Sequence record: PZ445526.1
Length of the DNA: 64,000 bases
Strand: one strand, 5' to 3'
Origin: a phage
Part shown: in pieces, positions 37,623 through 46,606 of the stretch
Position numbering within the stretch: the first letter of the stretch is position 1
Layout of the letters: every line of letters begins with the position of its first letter
The notes under the pieces: generated by a model
What the model was told of the DNA's origin: nothing
Database searches by the model: none
What the model saw: only the letters and a program-made list of their open reading frames with translations
Position numbers and translations under genes: made by a program

Positions 37623-38096
37623 TTATTTGAACGATTTAACGTACTGAATAGAACCTTTACTATTCACAAAGGCAATTTTACCATTTTTGTTATACATGGT
37701 AGCAGTACGTTGATAACCGTAAGTTTGTTTACCAGATTGATAACCAACTAATGCGAAATTATCTTCACCCATTTTATTCTGCTTAGCACGAATGCGTTCA
37801 TGACCATGTGCCATAAGAACCTTAGCATCACCAGTTGCAATGGATCGACGAGTTTTTTCATCTTCAACTGTATTAACAAAGTCGTCAAATGAATCAAATT
37901 TAGCATGAGATTTATTATACAGTTTTCCATCTACTGCATAATTATATCCTTGTACATCCATCTCAACTTCTGTACCATCATCCAATACAGCAGTGATTTT
38001 TTGACCTTTTTTAAATTTCAAAAGATCAGTAAAAGATTCAGCAATAATTTGAGAATTAATAGCTGCTTCAGTAATAAATTCTTGATATGTTTTCAT
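37623..38096 (-). CDS. internal-protein-like gene with capsid targeting sequence (157 aa)
   Basis: N-terminus MKTYQEFITEA matches the T4 internal-protein capsid targeting sequence (prohead protease site after I/LxE); the payload is unlike T4 IPII as I recall it. Confidence 0.65.
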   Translation of the reverse strand: MKTYQEFITEAAINSQIIAESFTDLLKFKKGQKITAVLDDGTEVEMDVQGYNYAVDGKLYNKSHAKFDSFDDFVNTVEDEKTRRSIATGDAKVLMAHGHERIRAKQNKMGEDNFALVGYQSGKQTYGYQRTATMYNKNGKIAFVNSKGSIQYVKSFK

Positions 38097-38149
38097 GTGT
38101 TTCCTTTAAATGTAAATATTTTTATTATTCTATCCAAGTAATTGTGAAT

Positions 38150-38178
38150 ATATTATCACAATTCTAGGAGCTGTAAAC
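38150..38178 (-). promoter_or_regulatory. T4-type early promoter
   Basis: Sense GTTTACAGCTCCTAGAATTGTGATAATAT upstream of the ATG at 38096. Confidence 0.5.
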
Positions 38179-38214
38179 TGCTTTTATTTATAAGCGTCCC
38201 AAGTATAAGCTTTA

Positions 38215-38796
38215 TTAAGAATTACCACGGGCTGCATTAGCAACGGCGTAAGCGTACTGAATATTAGCGTCTTTAAACTTACCTTTAGAGGTATCTATTT
38301 CTGCCTTAAAGCCGCCTTTAGTCATAACATCGGCAAATTCTTTACGGAAAGCCATTGCATCAAGACCTTTCCATGATGATTTATGCTTGGCAAATTCAAG
38401 ACCGGCAAAGTTAACAGCCTTAGCTAATTTATTATCAATAACCCATTTACCGGCTTTAGGCACAAACTTCGGACCTTTCTGTTTAGAGAACAGTTTTAAA
38501 TTCCAGCGGCGAAGGTCTGCATCAGCTTTAACAAATTCTGAGTCTAAGTTACTAGCAACAACATCTTCAATATGAGCAAATTTAAGTCCGTCAACTTCAA
38601 TATTTAAATCGGTACGCCAGCGAAGTCCTTCCCAAGCGAAGGCTTTAAAGTCGGAAGCCTTTGTAGCTAAGTACCGTTCAATAGGAGCTGTTTTAGGGTC
38701 AAAGCCGTTTCCCGATCGGTAGGTCCACTCATCTTTATTAATGCCTTTGGCCTTTACTACAGAAGCTTCAGCAATAAATTCTTGATAGGTTTTCAT
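38215..38796 (-). CDS. ipIII: internal protein III-like
   Basis: 193-aa ORF starting MKTYQEFIAEA (capsid targeting sequence); size and position as for T4 IPIII. Confidence 0.75.
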   Translation of the reverse strand: MKTYQEFIAEASVVKAKGINKDEWTYRSGNGFDPKTAPIERYLATKASDFKAFAWEGLRWRTDLNIEVDGLKFAHIEDVVASNLDSEFVKADADLRRWNLKLFSKQKGPKFVPKAGKWVIDNKLAKAVNFAGLEFAKHKSSWKGLDAMAFRKEFADVMTKGGFKAEIDTSKGKFKDANIQYAYAVANAARGNS

Positions 38797-38850
38797 GTGT
38801 TTCCTTTAAATATTTTAATTAGTAATCTATCTATTCAAGTAACTGTGAAT

Positions 38851-38880
38851 ATACTATCACAATTCCAAGAGAAAGTAAAC
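38851..38880 (-). promoter_or_regulatory. T4-type early promoter
   Basis: Sense GTTTAC, 18 bp, TAGTAT upstream of the ipIII ATG. Confidence 0.55.
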
Positions 38881-38884
38881 AACT

Positions 38885-39853
<969 letters not shown>

Positions 39854-39872
<19 letters not shown>

Positions 39873-40342
39873 TCAGTGATAAAGTTATTTAAATTTTGAG
39901 CATATTTCTTTTCATCAAAAATCTTTTGTTGTCTGCGTAAACGCCATGGCATTTCAATGAACATGCGCCATATTCCTGATAATACTGCTGCTGTAAAAAT
40001 ATTAACAAGTATAGTTAAAAGAATCCAATCTCCTATTCTGTCCATTGGATTTTTTATAAAAAAGTAAAATACGAATGATGATATAGGAAGACTAATGATA
40101 TACCACAGAAGAACCTTCTTATCTGTGAACCAATCAGCATTCGTTAACTTAGCACGACCATTTTGAATACACACGAATTTATCATCTGTTACAGTAAATG
40201 GCTTAGCTGCTTGATATCCCATTCTAAACTCCCTAATTAATCGTTTCTTTGTATCTTCGGAACAACCATTCCAGTCAACTCTATCAACTGGAATGCCATC
40301 ATCCCCATCATCTAAATCATACCAGCGAGTTTTTAAAATCAT
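39854..40342 (-). CDS. membrane protein, hypothetical
   Basis: 162-aa ORF with several hydrophobic segments. Confidence 0.5.
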
Positions 40343-40701
40343 CTAATTTTCCTGCAATCACTCACAAACTCTTTCATTGCTTCATTTTCAATATAAGAAA
40401 TGTAGCTATTATATTCTTTTAATTGTATTTTGTAATCCTTTTTTCTTTGCCAATTTATTTTAAAATTATCATAATGAAAATATAAAATGATACCAAAGAA
40501 TGAAAACAATGAAATAATTTTAGTATAACAAAGCTCGCTCCAAACTTCTATTATATCTACTGTACCACTGATTTTTAAAATAAAACAGTCAATTAATAGT
40601 CCAATAAGACTACCTGTAAGAGCTGCAGCCAACGCCACAGCAAAAATTAAAAATGACTCGGAAAACGAATATTTGACTTTATTTAGTTTTGGCTTTTGCA
40701 T
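40339..40701 (-). CDS. membrane protein, hypothetical
   Basis: 120-aa ORF with several hydrophobic segments. Confidence 0.5.
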   Translation of the reverse strand: MQKPKLNKVKYSFSESFLIFAVALAAALTGSLIGLLIDCFILKISGTVDIIEVWSELCYTKIISLFSFFGIILYFHYDNFKINWQRKKDYKIQLKEYNSYISYIENEAMKEFVSDCRKIR

Positions 40702-41096
40702 CGTGATTCCTTAACAAATTTCATAATTTCATTAAATTCATACTCAGCAAGTTTAAGCTGGTGTTCCTTTTTAATCTTTTTGCATTGCACTTTCCAATCA
40801 CGCACGCGTTTACGATAGTGTCTTTCTTGATACCAGTATCCTATCCAATTTACGGGTACTAATAAAAATGGAACTACCAATGGAAGAGTTAGCATTAACA
40901 TAATTATTACGCCAGATTCAATATCAGTCATAACATCTAAAACACCTCCAATAATCAATAGAATTACAAATGATATGAGTATCACAGGACCTATTAATAC
41001 GTCAGTAGGAATTAGCTGGCGCTTTAATTCATACTTCAAAGGTTTACTTGGAAGGTATAGTGATGGCTTTGACATATTCTCTACATTCCTTAACAA
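40683..41096 (-). CDS. membrane protein, hypothetical
   Basis: 137-aa ORF with several hydrophobic segments. Confidence 0.5.
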   Translation of the reverse strand: MLRNVENMSKPSLYLPSKPLKYELKRQLIPTDVLIGPVILISFVILLIIGGVLDVMTDIESGVIIMLMLTLPLVVPFLLVPVNWIGYWYQERHYRKRVRDWKVQCKKIKKEHQLKLAEYEFNEIMKFVKESRCKSQN

Positions 41097-41655
41097 ATTT
41101 TTCTAGTAATAAATCACTTTCAAAATTAGGATTTTCCACTAATTTATCAAAAAGATCATCAACAATATTCAAGATATTTCTTTTACTAAGAATACGTTTA
41201 TTTTCATGCTTCGTTTCAGAATCAACTATAAGAGTAAAGAAATATTTCTTTCCCTGAAATTTTACTGTAGTATCAATATAGAATAAATTTGACTTTTGTA
41301 AGTTACGTTTAAACCATGCGTCACTTAAACTATAAACACCGAGATAATCAAAATCGTCGTTTAAATAACATACTGTCCATTCAGGAGAAATGAAATCAGT
41401 AAATTCAACATCAAAATCACACGTCAATGAATGAATTGATTCAATACTGTTAATAAGTATTCCAGGACGTATTAAAGACTTTTTACCTCTAGAAAATCTT
41501 CCAGAAAGACTTTCATCAGTTTCATATGAAGAACCCCAATAATAATTACGTCCTTCTGCCATACGTTTAAGAGCATTTAATAATTGGTCTGGAACATCAA
41601 CTTGTCTTTGGAATTCTTCAAACATTGAATTGAAATCAATTTGCATTCTTCTCAT
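41044..41655 (-). CDS. hypothetical protein
   Basis: 203-aa track ORF. Confidence 0.5.
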   Translation of the reverse strand: MRRMQIDFNSMFEEFQRQVDVPDQLLNALKRMAEGRNYYWGSSYETDESLSGRFSRGKKSLIRPGILINSIESIHSLTCDFDVEFTDFISPEWTVCYLNDDFDYLGVYSLSDAWFKRNLQKSNLFYIDTTVKFQGKKYFFTLIVDSETKHENKRILSKRNILNIVDDLFDKLVENPNFESDLLLEKFVKECREYVKAITIPSK

Positions 41656-41676
41656 TCCTATTTACTCCAAGTAATA

Positions 41677-41690
41677 GGGGCCGAAGCCCC
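41677..41690 (-). terminator. UUCG-tetraloop hairpin
   Basis: Minus-sense GGGGCUUCGGCCCC with A/U flanks, right after the stop of ORF 41697..42290. Confidence 0.55.
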
Positions 41691-41696
41691 TTATCG

Positions 41697-42290
41697 TTAT
41701 TTCAGAGAATTAATGTATTCCTGAACATCGGCAGAGGTAGTTTCAACCCCAGAAATATTACCATTAAAGGTTTCAACTCGAGCGAGAGTGTCTTCAATAT
41801 CAACCTTAGTCAGTGCTGCAATTTCAACTACATCATCGGCAGTACTAATTCCAAGTGCATTCGCTGCTCGAGTTTCACGGATATATTCCAATTTAACTGC
41901 AAGTTCTTGGCGAGCATCATCCAATTCAACTACTTTCTTGGCGATTTCAATTCGCATTTCAGCATACCCATCAGCTTTAGTAGTTAACTGTTCAGCTGTT
42001 CGACGATATAGCAAGCCGAGTTTAGCATGCATTGTTACATCTTGACCTTCAGAAAGAAGCTTGCGAATTTCACGCTCTTTTGATTCGGCCTGTCGATTCT
42101 TTTCGACAATAAGTTCACGAATACGTTTTTCTTCATTAATAGATTTAACAGAAGCAGTTTTTAGGTCTTTAATTTTATCAAGCAGTTTTGCTGCTGCGGC
42201 AGTATACTGTTCTTCAACAGATAGATTTTTAGCCATAGCAGAACCAAGTTTAGTGCGAATAAACTCAACAATTTTCTTCAGTGTGTTCAT
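41697..42290 (-). CDS. coiled-coil protein, PspA/IM30-like (tentative)
   Basis: 197 aa, predicted largely alpha-helical coiled coil, architecture reminiscent of phage shock protein A; similarity not verified. Confidence 0.45.
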   Translation of the reverse strand: MNTLKKIVEFIRTKLGSAMAKNLSVEEQYTAAAAKLLDKIKDLKTASVKSINEEKRIRELIVEKNRQAESKEREIRKLLSEGQDVTMHAKLGLLYRRTAEQLTTKADGYAEMRIEIAKKVVELDDARQELAVKLEYIRETRAANALGISTADDVVEIAALTKVDIEDTLARVETFNGNISGVETTSADVQEYINSLK

Positions 42291-42333
42291 AGTATTTCCT
42301 TAGGTTAATTAAGATTTAAAATCCATGAGAGTA

Positions 42334-42510
42334 TTATACTCCGGATAGTTTGTAAACTATTTCAACATCGCCTTTTGCTGCTTTATAACCTTCAGCCCAA
42401 GATACAACCGAGTTTTTATCTGAAGATTCAAATTCTGGCATTGGGCTTTCGCCAATGTTCACGCAGTATGTTTCTTCATTTTCGTCGAACCAAATAATTA
42501 AAGTAGTCAT
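42334..42510 (-). CDS. possible small acidic protein (58 aa)
   Basis: ATG at 42508-42510 (MTTLIIWFDENEETYCVNIGESPMPEF...); below the ORF-track threshold. Confidence 0.3.
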   Translation of the reverse strand: MTTLIIWFDENEETYCVNIGESPMPEFESSDKNSVVSWAEGYKAAKGDVEIVYKLSGV

Positions 42511-42578
42511 TTATTTCTCCGTTTCTGTATTTGTTTTGATAAGTCTATAATAACACCGTCCTTGGTGTTTGTACACAA

Positions 42579-42854
42579 TTATTTCATATTATTGAAATAT
42601 TCTTCTGCAATTTCGTCGTTATCATGGTAAACTTTAGAAGACAGTTTAACATAACCTTCAGCAGTGAACATGTTAATCACAACCTTTACAGTATACCACT
42701 GACCATCTTCATTACCCATTACTGCATAGGTTTCAAACATCGGATGGTCAGGACCGATAACTTTAATATCATTCACTGTACGACCAAAATCTTCTGAAAC
42801 ACATTTCATAAAGAAGTTGAACAGTTCGCCGTAATTATCCATTTTATTCTCCAA
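42579..42854 (-). CDS. hypothetical protein
   Basis: 91-aa ORF with its own early promoter and conserved leader. Confidence 0.5.
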   Translation of the reverse strand: MENKMDNYGELFNFFMKCVSEDFGRTVNDIKVIGPDHPMFETYAVMGNEDGQWYTVKVVINMFTAEGYVKLSSKVYHDNDEIAEEYFNNMK

Positions 42855-42885
42855 GTTGTTTTCTGTATCAGTAGTTGATATTGAT

Positions 42886-42915
42886 ATAGTACCATGGAAG
42901 AACAGGGATGTAAAC
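42886..42915 (-). promoter_or_regulatory. T4-type early promoter
   Basis: Sense GTTTACATCCCTGTTCTTCCATGGTACTAT; near-identical to the promoter at 1117-1146. Confidence 0.6.
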
Positions 42916-43046
42916 AGTTTTGTGAAAAATTTTTTAAAAAGTTTTGGGGAATTCTAGGGCAGGGAGGGGCAATTAAAGGATAGGATAATATATTATAAAG
43001 GATAGAAACTAAATGATGCCTAGAGAGGCCCAGAAAGGTCTAGATG

Positions 43047-43073
43047 CCAAAAAGCCCTATCATTTAGATAGGG
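43047..43073 (-). terminator. rho-independent terminator downstream of ORF 43082..43648
   Basis: Minus-sense CCCUAUCUAAAUGAUAGGG followed by CUUUUUGG. Confidence 0.55.
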
Positions 43074-43081
43074 ATTTAAAA

Positions 43082-43648
43082 TTATTTGCTTAGTTTAGTT
43101 ATTATAGCTTCTGCGGCAGCTTTTAGCTTAGATGCGGTGTTAATACGATTTTTAATTTCAGTATACGCATCGCCAAGAACATCAAGGCTATCAGAATAAA
43201 CACTTACACTATTGCGTTCGCTATTTGAAATAGAACCTTTAGTTTTACGATCAAAATCGGTGTATACGTCTTGAAGATCGCGTGCTGCCTTCTTTGCATC
43301 ATCCAATGCATCAAGAGCTTTATTCAAAGCATTAACGTATTTTTTAGTATCGAACATATTCTTAGAAATTTTAACAGGCGCACGTTCAGGAGTAGCTAAG
43401 GCAGATTTAGGAAGAACCTGTTTGCCAGATGCCAGTTTCTTAGAAATTTTGAAAAACGCTTTATTGAAATTATTTTCTTGACTCATCGTAAAAGAACTAT
43501 TATCAATGTTATACATTTCAATAGCTTTAGCTTTCCACTTAAGAAAATCGCCACGGTCTTTTGGGTCCAAGTGGAAGAATACTTTAGTAAGATCTGCTTC
43601 AGATGGTAATTTTGCTGCTTCGGTTAAAAATTCGGCATAGGTTTTCAT
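43082..43648 (-). CDS. internal-protein-like gene with capsid targeting sequence (188 aa)
   Basis: N-terminus MKTYAEFLTEA (capsid-targeting-like, LxE cleavage context); the payload is not recognized. Confidence 0.6.
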   Translation of the reverse strand: MKTYAEFLTEAAKLPSEADLTKVFFHLDPKDRGDFLKWKAKAIEMYNIDNSSFTMSQENNFNKAFFKISKKLASGKQVLPKSALATPERAPVKISKNMFDTKKYVNALNKALDALDDAKKAARDLQDVYTDFDRKTKGSISNSERNSVSVYSDSLDVLGDAYTEIKNRINTASKLKAAAEAIITKLSK

Positions 43649-43723
43649 TTAAAATCCTTGAAATAATTTATTGGTTATTAATTATTTATTATCCGTAACA
43701 GCATTCTCTGAGTGATTCAAACT

Positions 43724-43749
43724 AAAAAGCCCCAACCTTTCGGTCAGGG
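43724..43749 (-). terminator. GNRA-loop terminator hairpin at the 3' end of the structured RNA region
   Basis: Minus-sense CCCUGACC-GAAA-GGUUGGGG followed by CUUUUUAGUUUG. Confidence 0.55.
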
Positions 43750-44055
43750 CTAAGCCTTGCGGCAACCTTGTCGGGGTTCCACCTGCTAAGGCAAGTGTTT
43801 GTACGAAACGCCGGGACTTGAACCCGGTTATTAAGTAGTTGACGCTACTCAATATTTTTAAAAGGCCATATCTCGACCATATCCGAACGTTCCGTCAAAA
43901 ACGCTACTCGGCTTACGGCAAAGATATTTCCTCGAATCGATAATTCGGTGCGCCGTTTCTGCTGTGATGTAAGGGGATATTAACAAATCGTAAAGATTTA
44001 TTAAGACCAGTCCTTACTCAGGGAACATCAGTCCGACGACTTACCGGTAGCGACC
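43724..44055 (-). ncRNA. candidate stable small RNA(s), possibly homologous to T4 species 1/2 RNAs (rnaC/rnaD)
   Basis: About 330 bp without a convincing ORF, GC-richer than surroundings, with a tRNA-like T-arm (ACCGGGUUCAAGUCCCGGC) and a 3' terminator hairpin, adjacent to the tRNA cluster; boundaries uncertain. Confidence 0.4.
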
Positions 44056-44062
44056 CGGTTTC

Positions 44063-44413
44063 TTAATATTCTTTTAAAGCATCAATCTGTTCACGGCGTT
44101 TACGCCATAAATCAATTGCTTCATACGCGGATTCAGCATTTCGAATTGGTCGGCATTTATGTAAAGACTTGTGATTTTGATATTTTGTAGATAATGGAAT
44201 TTTATCTAAAAGGTCTTTACGTTCAAAGTATTCGTAACCATCTAAACCAAATGAACGATTTTTGAGAAATTGCCAATGACCATATTCGTTTTGGATGTAA
44301 ATATAATCCGCGTGTTGATAAAGCAAATTAGTTTCACGAGATGAGATATGGTTTTCATATTCATTGAAGTAAAATGTTAAATCATGAACTACTAAATAAA
44401 CATTACCTTTCAT
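44063..44413 (-). CDS. hypothetical protein
   Basis: 116-aa ORF with Shine-Dalgarno GAGGAA 7 nt upstream of the ATG; lies between tRNA-Arg and the RNA region. Confidence 0.5.
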   Translation of the reverse strand: MKGNVYLVVHDLTFYFNEYENHISSRETNLLYQHADYIYIQNEYGHWQFLKNRSFGLDGYEYFERKDLLDKIPLSTKYQNHKSLHKCRPIRNAESAYEAIDLWRKRREQIDALKEY

Positions 44414-44431
44414 ATTTTCCTCACTTATAAT

Positions 44432-44507
44432 TGGTCGAGGCAGTAGGGATCGAACCTACGACCCAGGACTTAGAAGGTCCTTGCTCTTCCTTCTGAGCTA
44501 TGCCTCG
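44432..44507 (-). tRNA. tRNA-Arg (UCU)
   Basis: Cloverleaf by hand: acceptor CGAGGCA/UGCCUCG, T-loop GUUCGAUCC, anticodon loop CUUCUAA, encoded CCA. Confidence 0.8.
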
Positions 44508-44511
44508 GATT

Positions 44512-44586
44512 TGGCGGACGTGATAGGATTCGAACCTATAACCAATCGCTTAACAGGCGATCGCTCTGCCATTGAGCTACACATCC
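44512..44586 (-). tRNA. tRNA-Asn (GUU)
   Basis: Acceptor GGAUGUG/CACGUCC (one G-U pair), D-loop with GG, anticodon stem AUCGC/GCGAU, loop CUGUUAA, T-loop UUCGAAU, encoded CCA; not part of the canonical eight T4 tRNAs as I recall them. Confidence 0.65.
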
Positions 44587-44590
44587 AAAT

Positions 44591-44677
44591 TGGTGGGGAG
44601 TGATGGAGTCGAACCACCCGAGTCGCAATGACAATGGATTTACAGTCCACACCGCTACCTCTACGGGATAACTCCCC
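44591..44677 (-). tRNA. tRNA-Tyr (GUA), long variable arm
   Basis: Acceptor GGGGAGU/ACUCCCC, anticodon loop CUGUAAA, 15-nt variable arm with its own stem, T-loop UUCGACU, encoded CCA; not part of the canonical T4 set as I recall it. Confidence 0.65.
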
Positions 44678-44687
44678 CAAATTAATT

Positions 44688-44762
44688 TGGTGGCCCTGGG
44701 TGGAATTGAACCACCATCTGGCGATTATGAGTCGCTTGCTTGAACCTTCCAGCTACAGGGCC
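44688..44762 (-). tRNA. tRNA-Ile (CAU; Met-type anticodon, likely lysidine-modified as in T4)
   Basis: Acceptor GGCCCUG/CAGGGCC, anticodon loop CUCAUAA, T-loop UUCAAUU, encoded CCA. Confidence 0.75.
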
Positions 44763-44763
44763 T

Positions 44764-44840
44764 TGGTGCTGATTGACGGAATCGAACCGCCGACCTTCTC
44801 ATTACAAGTGAGTTGCTCTACCTACTGAGCTAAATCAGCA
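44764..44840 (-). tRNA. tRNA-Thr (UGU)
   Basis: Acceptor UGCUGAU/AUCAGCA, anticodon loop CUUGUAA, T-loop UUCGAUU, encoded CCA. Confidence 0.75.
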
Positions 44841-44844
44841 AAAC

Positions 44845-44934
44845 TGGCGGAGGCGATAGGATTTGAACCTATGAGTCGCCGGAGCGACTGCCGGTTTTCA
44901 AGACCGGTGCATTAAACCACTCTGCCACGCCTCC
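44845..44934 (-). tRNA. tRNA-Ser (UGA), long variable arm
   Basis: Acceptor GGAGGCG/CGCCUCC, anticodon stem CCGGU/ACCGG with loop CUUGAAA, long variable arm, T-loop UUCAAAU, encoded CCA. Confidence 0.8.
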
Positions 44935-44936
44935 AG

Positions 44937-45010
44937 TCTCCGTGGCAGGATTTGAACCTACGACATTCTGCTCCCAAAGCAGACGCTCTACCAAACTGAG
45001 CTACACGGAG
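44937..45010 (-). tRNA. tRNA-Pro (UGG), CCA not encoded
   Basis: Acceptor CUCCGUG/CACGGAG, anticodon loop UUUGGGA, T-loop UUCAAAU; 3' end abuts tRNA-Ser (Pro-Ser dimer arrangement known from T4). Confidence 0.8.
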
Positions 45011-45020
45011 TAAATTAAAT

Positions 45021-45094
<74 letters not shown>

Positions 45095-45099
45095 AAATT

Positions 45100-45186
45100 T
45101 GGTGCGAGAAGTGGGACTCGAACCCACAAGGAAATCATTCCGCAGCATTTTAAGTGCTGTGCCTTTACCAATTTGACCATTCTCGC
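45100..45186 (-). tRNA. tRNA-Leu (UAA), long variable arm
   Basis: Sequence GCGAGAAUGGUCAAAUUGGUAAAGGCACAGCACUUAAAAUGCUGCGG...GGGUUCGAGUCCCACUUCUCGCACCA matches T4 tRNA-Leu as I recall it. Confidence 0.85.
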
Positions 45187-45187
45187 G

Positions 45188-45260
45188 CTGGGAATAAAGG
45201 ACTCGAACCTTTGCATCCTGGAATCAAAATCCAGTGCCTTACCAACTTGGCTAATTCCCA
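45188..45260 (-). tRNA. tRNA-Gln (UUG), CCA not fully encoded
   Basis: Acceptor UGGGAAU/AUUCCCA, anticodon loop UUUUGAU, T-loop UUCGAGU; directly abuts tRNA-Leu (Gln-Leu dimer arrangement). Confidence 0.8.
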
Positions 45261-45357
45261 ATTATTAACAAAGGCTCTCTAACAAGAACCCTTGATGATA
45301 GAGGGTATTAATCAGTGCGGTATGAGTTAATAATAACAAATAATTCTTAAAGCATAT

Positions 45358-45645
45358 TTACCATTTATGATGATACATACTTACGATGCATTCAAGACCC
45401 AAAGGATTCTTGAAAATATCATATTCAAGAGGACCTTTTTCTGTTTCAATAAAGAAATCAAAATTTACTGTATTAAATTTACGGTCTTCCTTTACTAATT
45501 TAACTTGAGAAGATGAACGGTCAATGTAAACCCTTTCAACTTCAAAACATGTTAAAATGCCATAATCATCAATCAAGGCTTTAGCCGCGGATTGATCATA
45601 TTTATATCCATTTTCAATGGATGATACTTTAGCATAAAGAATCAT
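45358..45645 (-). CDS. hypothetical protein
   Basis: 95-aa track ORF downstream of the tRNA array; no capsid targeting sequence. Confidence 0.5.
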   Translation of the reverse strand: MILYAKVSSIENGYKYDQSAAKALIDDYGILTCFEVERVYIDRSSSQVKLVKEDRKFNTVNFDFFIETEKGPLEYDIFKNPLGLECIVSMYHHKW

Positions 45646-45647
45646 TA

Positions 45648-46058
45648 TCAGCCTCTATCAACGATAGTATGAGTATGGGCATTTACGATTTGCCACCAGT
45701 CGAAACGATTGGAACCATAATCTGGTTTATTTTCATTTTCTTTAATGATATCACGCAGCTTATCTTCTGTTTCAGCATACGCAATTAAATCATCATATCC
45801 ACCACAAGGATAATAATTATCACCTGCGAATAAAAGAAAATTTACCTTAGATGGATTTACGTAATAATGGTCTTTAGGATATTTAGTTCCTCTCCAATCA
45901 GTTACTTCAACATAACGGTAAGAAAATCCATTTTTACTTTCAATCCAACTCCACGCTTCAAAAGGAGTATTAAAAACTTTATCAGGTATTAAATTACCTT
46001 CAAAATGAGAAGGATTTGCATAATCCCCGGCATAAACATAATATTCGTTAATACTCAT
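45648..46058 (-). CDS. hypothetical protein
   Basis: 136-aa track ORF rich in Tyr/Trp/Asp. Confidence 0.5.
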   Translation of the reverse strand: MSINEYYVYAGDYANPSHFEGNLIPDKVFNTPFEAWSWIESKNGFSYRYVEVTDWRGTKYPKDHYYVNPSKVNFLLFAGDNYYPCGGYDDLIAYAETEDKLRDIIKENENKPDYGSNRFDWWQIVNAHTHTIVDRG

Positions 46059-46244
46059 TTATTCACCTTTAGAAATTTTATCCATAACGATAGCGATTAA
46101 ACCAATTAAAAATGCTACTACAAGTGAAAACACATTTTCTGCTGTAGTTAATAATCCGCATATAAATCCAGCAAACATTGAAAAACTAAAAGCGGAAGCA
46201 GAAATTGCAATAGCAACATTTCGAATTAATTCACAGCGTTTCAT
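46059..46244 (-). CDS. small membrane protein
   Basis: ATG at 46244 (MKRCELIRNVAIAISASAFSFSMFAGFICGLL...); the track ORF extends into the promoter from a non-ATG start. Confidence 0.45.
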   Translation of the reverse strand: MKRCELIRNVAIAISASAFSFSMFAGFICGLLTTAENVFSLVVAFLIGLIAIVMDKISKGE

Positions 46245-46273
46245 TTTATTCTCCTCAGTAGTTGATAGTGTAA

Positions 46274-46302
46274 TAGTATCACAACTAAAACCGCATGTAA
46301 AC
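46274..46302 (-). promoter_or_regulatory. T4-type early promoter (cassette copy)
   Basis: Sense GTTTACATGCGGTTTTAGTTGTGATACTAT plus leader ACACTATCAACTACTGAGGAGAATAAAATG. Confidence 0.55.
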
Positions 46303-46305
46303 AAT

Positions 46306-46530
46306 TTATTCAACACCAGCGGCTTTCAAAAGTTTCTTAAGATTGGCAACACCTTGAGCAGAAAATGTGACCTTGCCACCTTTTTCACTGATAGAACCAA
46401 CCAATTTAGCAAGTTTATCATTAGGAATTTTTTTAAAATCAGCCAATGTTCCATCAAAGGTTTTTGAAACAAAAGGCAGTTCATCTTCATGTCTTTTAGC
46501 TTCTACAATAAATTTTTGATATGTTTTCAT
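46306..46530 (-). CDS. internal-protein-like gene with capsid targeting sequence (74 aa)
   Basis: ATG at 46530: MKTYQKFIVEAKRHEDELPF...; capsid-targeting-like N-terminus. Confidence 0.55.
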   Translation of the reverse strand: MKTYQKFIVEAKRHEDELPFVSKTFDGTLADFKKIPNDKLAKLVGSISEKGGKVTFSAQGVANLKKLLKAAGVE

Positions 46531-46566
46531 TTTATTCTCCAATTTCACATTTGTTTTGATAGGGTA

Positions 46567-46596
46567 ATAGTATCACTACCCCATCTAAAAGTAAAC
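46567..46596 (-). promoter_or_regulatory. T4-type early promoter (cassette copy)
   Basis: Sense GTTTACTTTTAGATGGGGTAGTGATACTAT plus leader ACCCTATCAAAAC...GGAGAATAAAATG. Confidence 0.55.
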
Positions 46597-46606
46597 AGTT
46601 TATAAA

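Noticed and set aside
41697-42290. Calling ORF 41697..42290 a bona fide PspA homologue
   Set aside because: The similarity is architectural (long coiled coil) rather than motif-based; kept only as a tentative label.
42329-42357. Possible early promoter upstream of ORF 41697..42290 (GTTTAC at 42352-42357 in minus sense)
   Set aside because: The only good -10 (TATAAT) is 13 bp from the -35, too short; other spacings give poor -10 hexamers, so the call was dropped.
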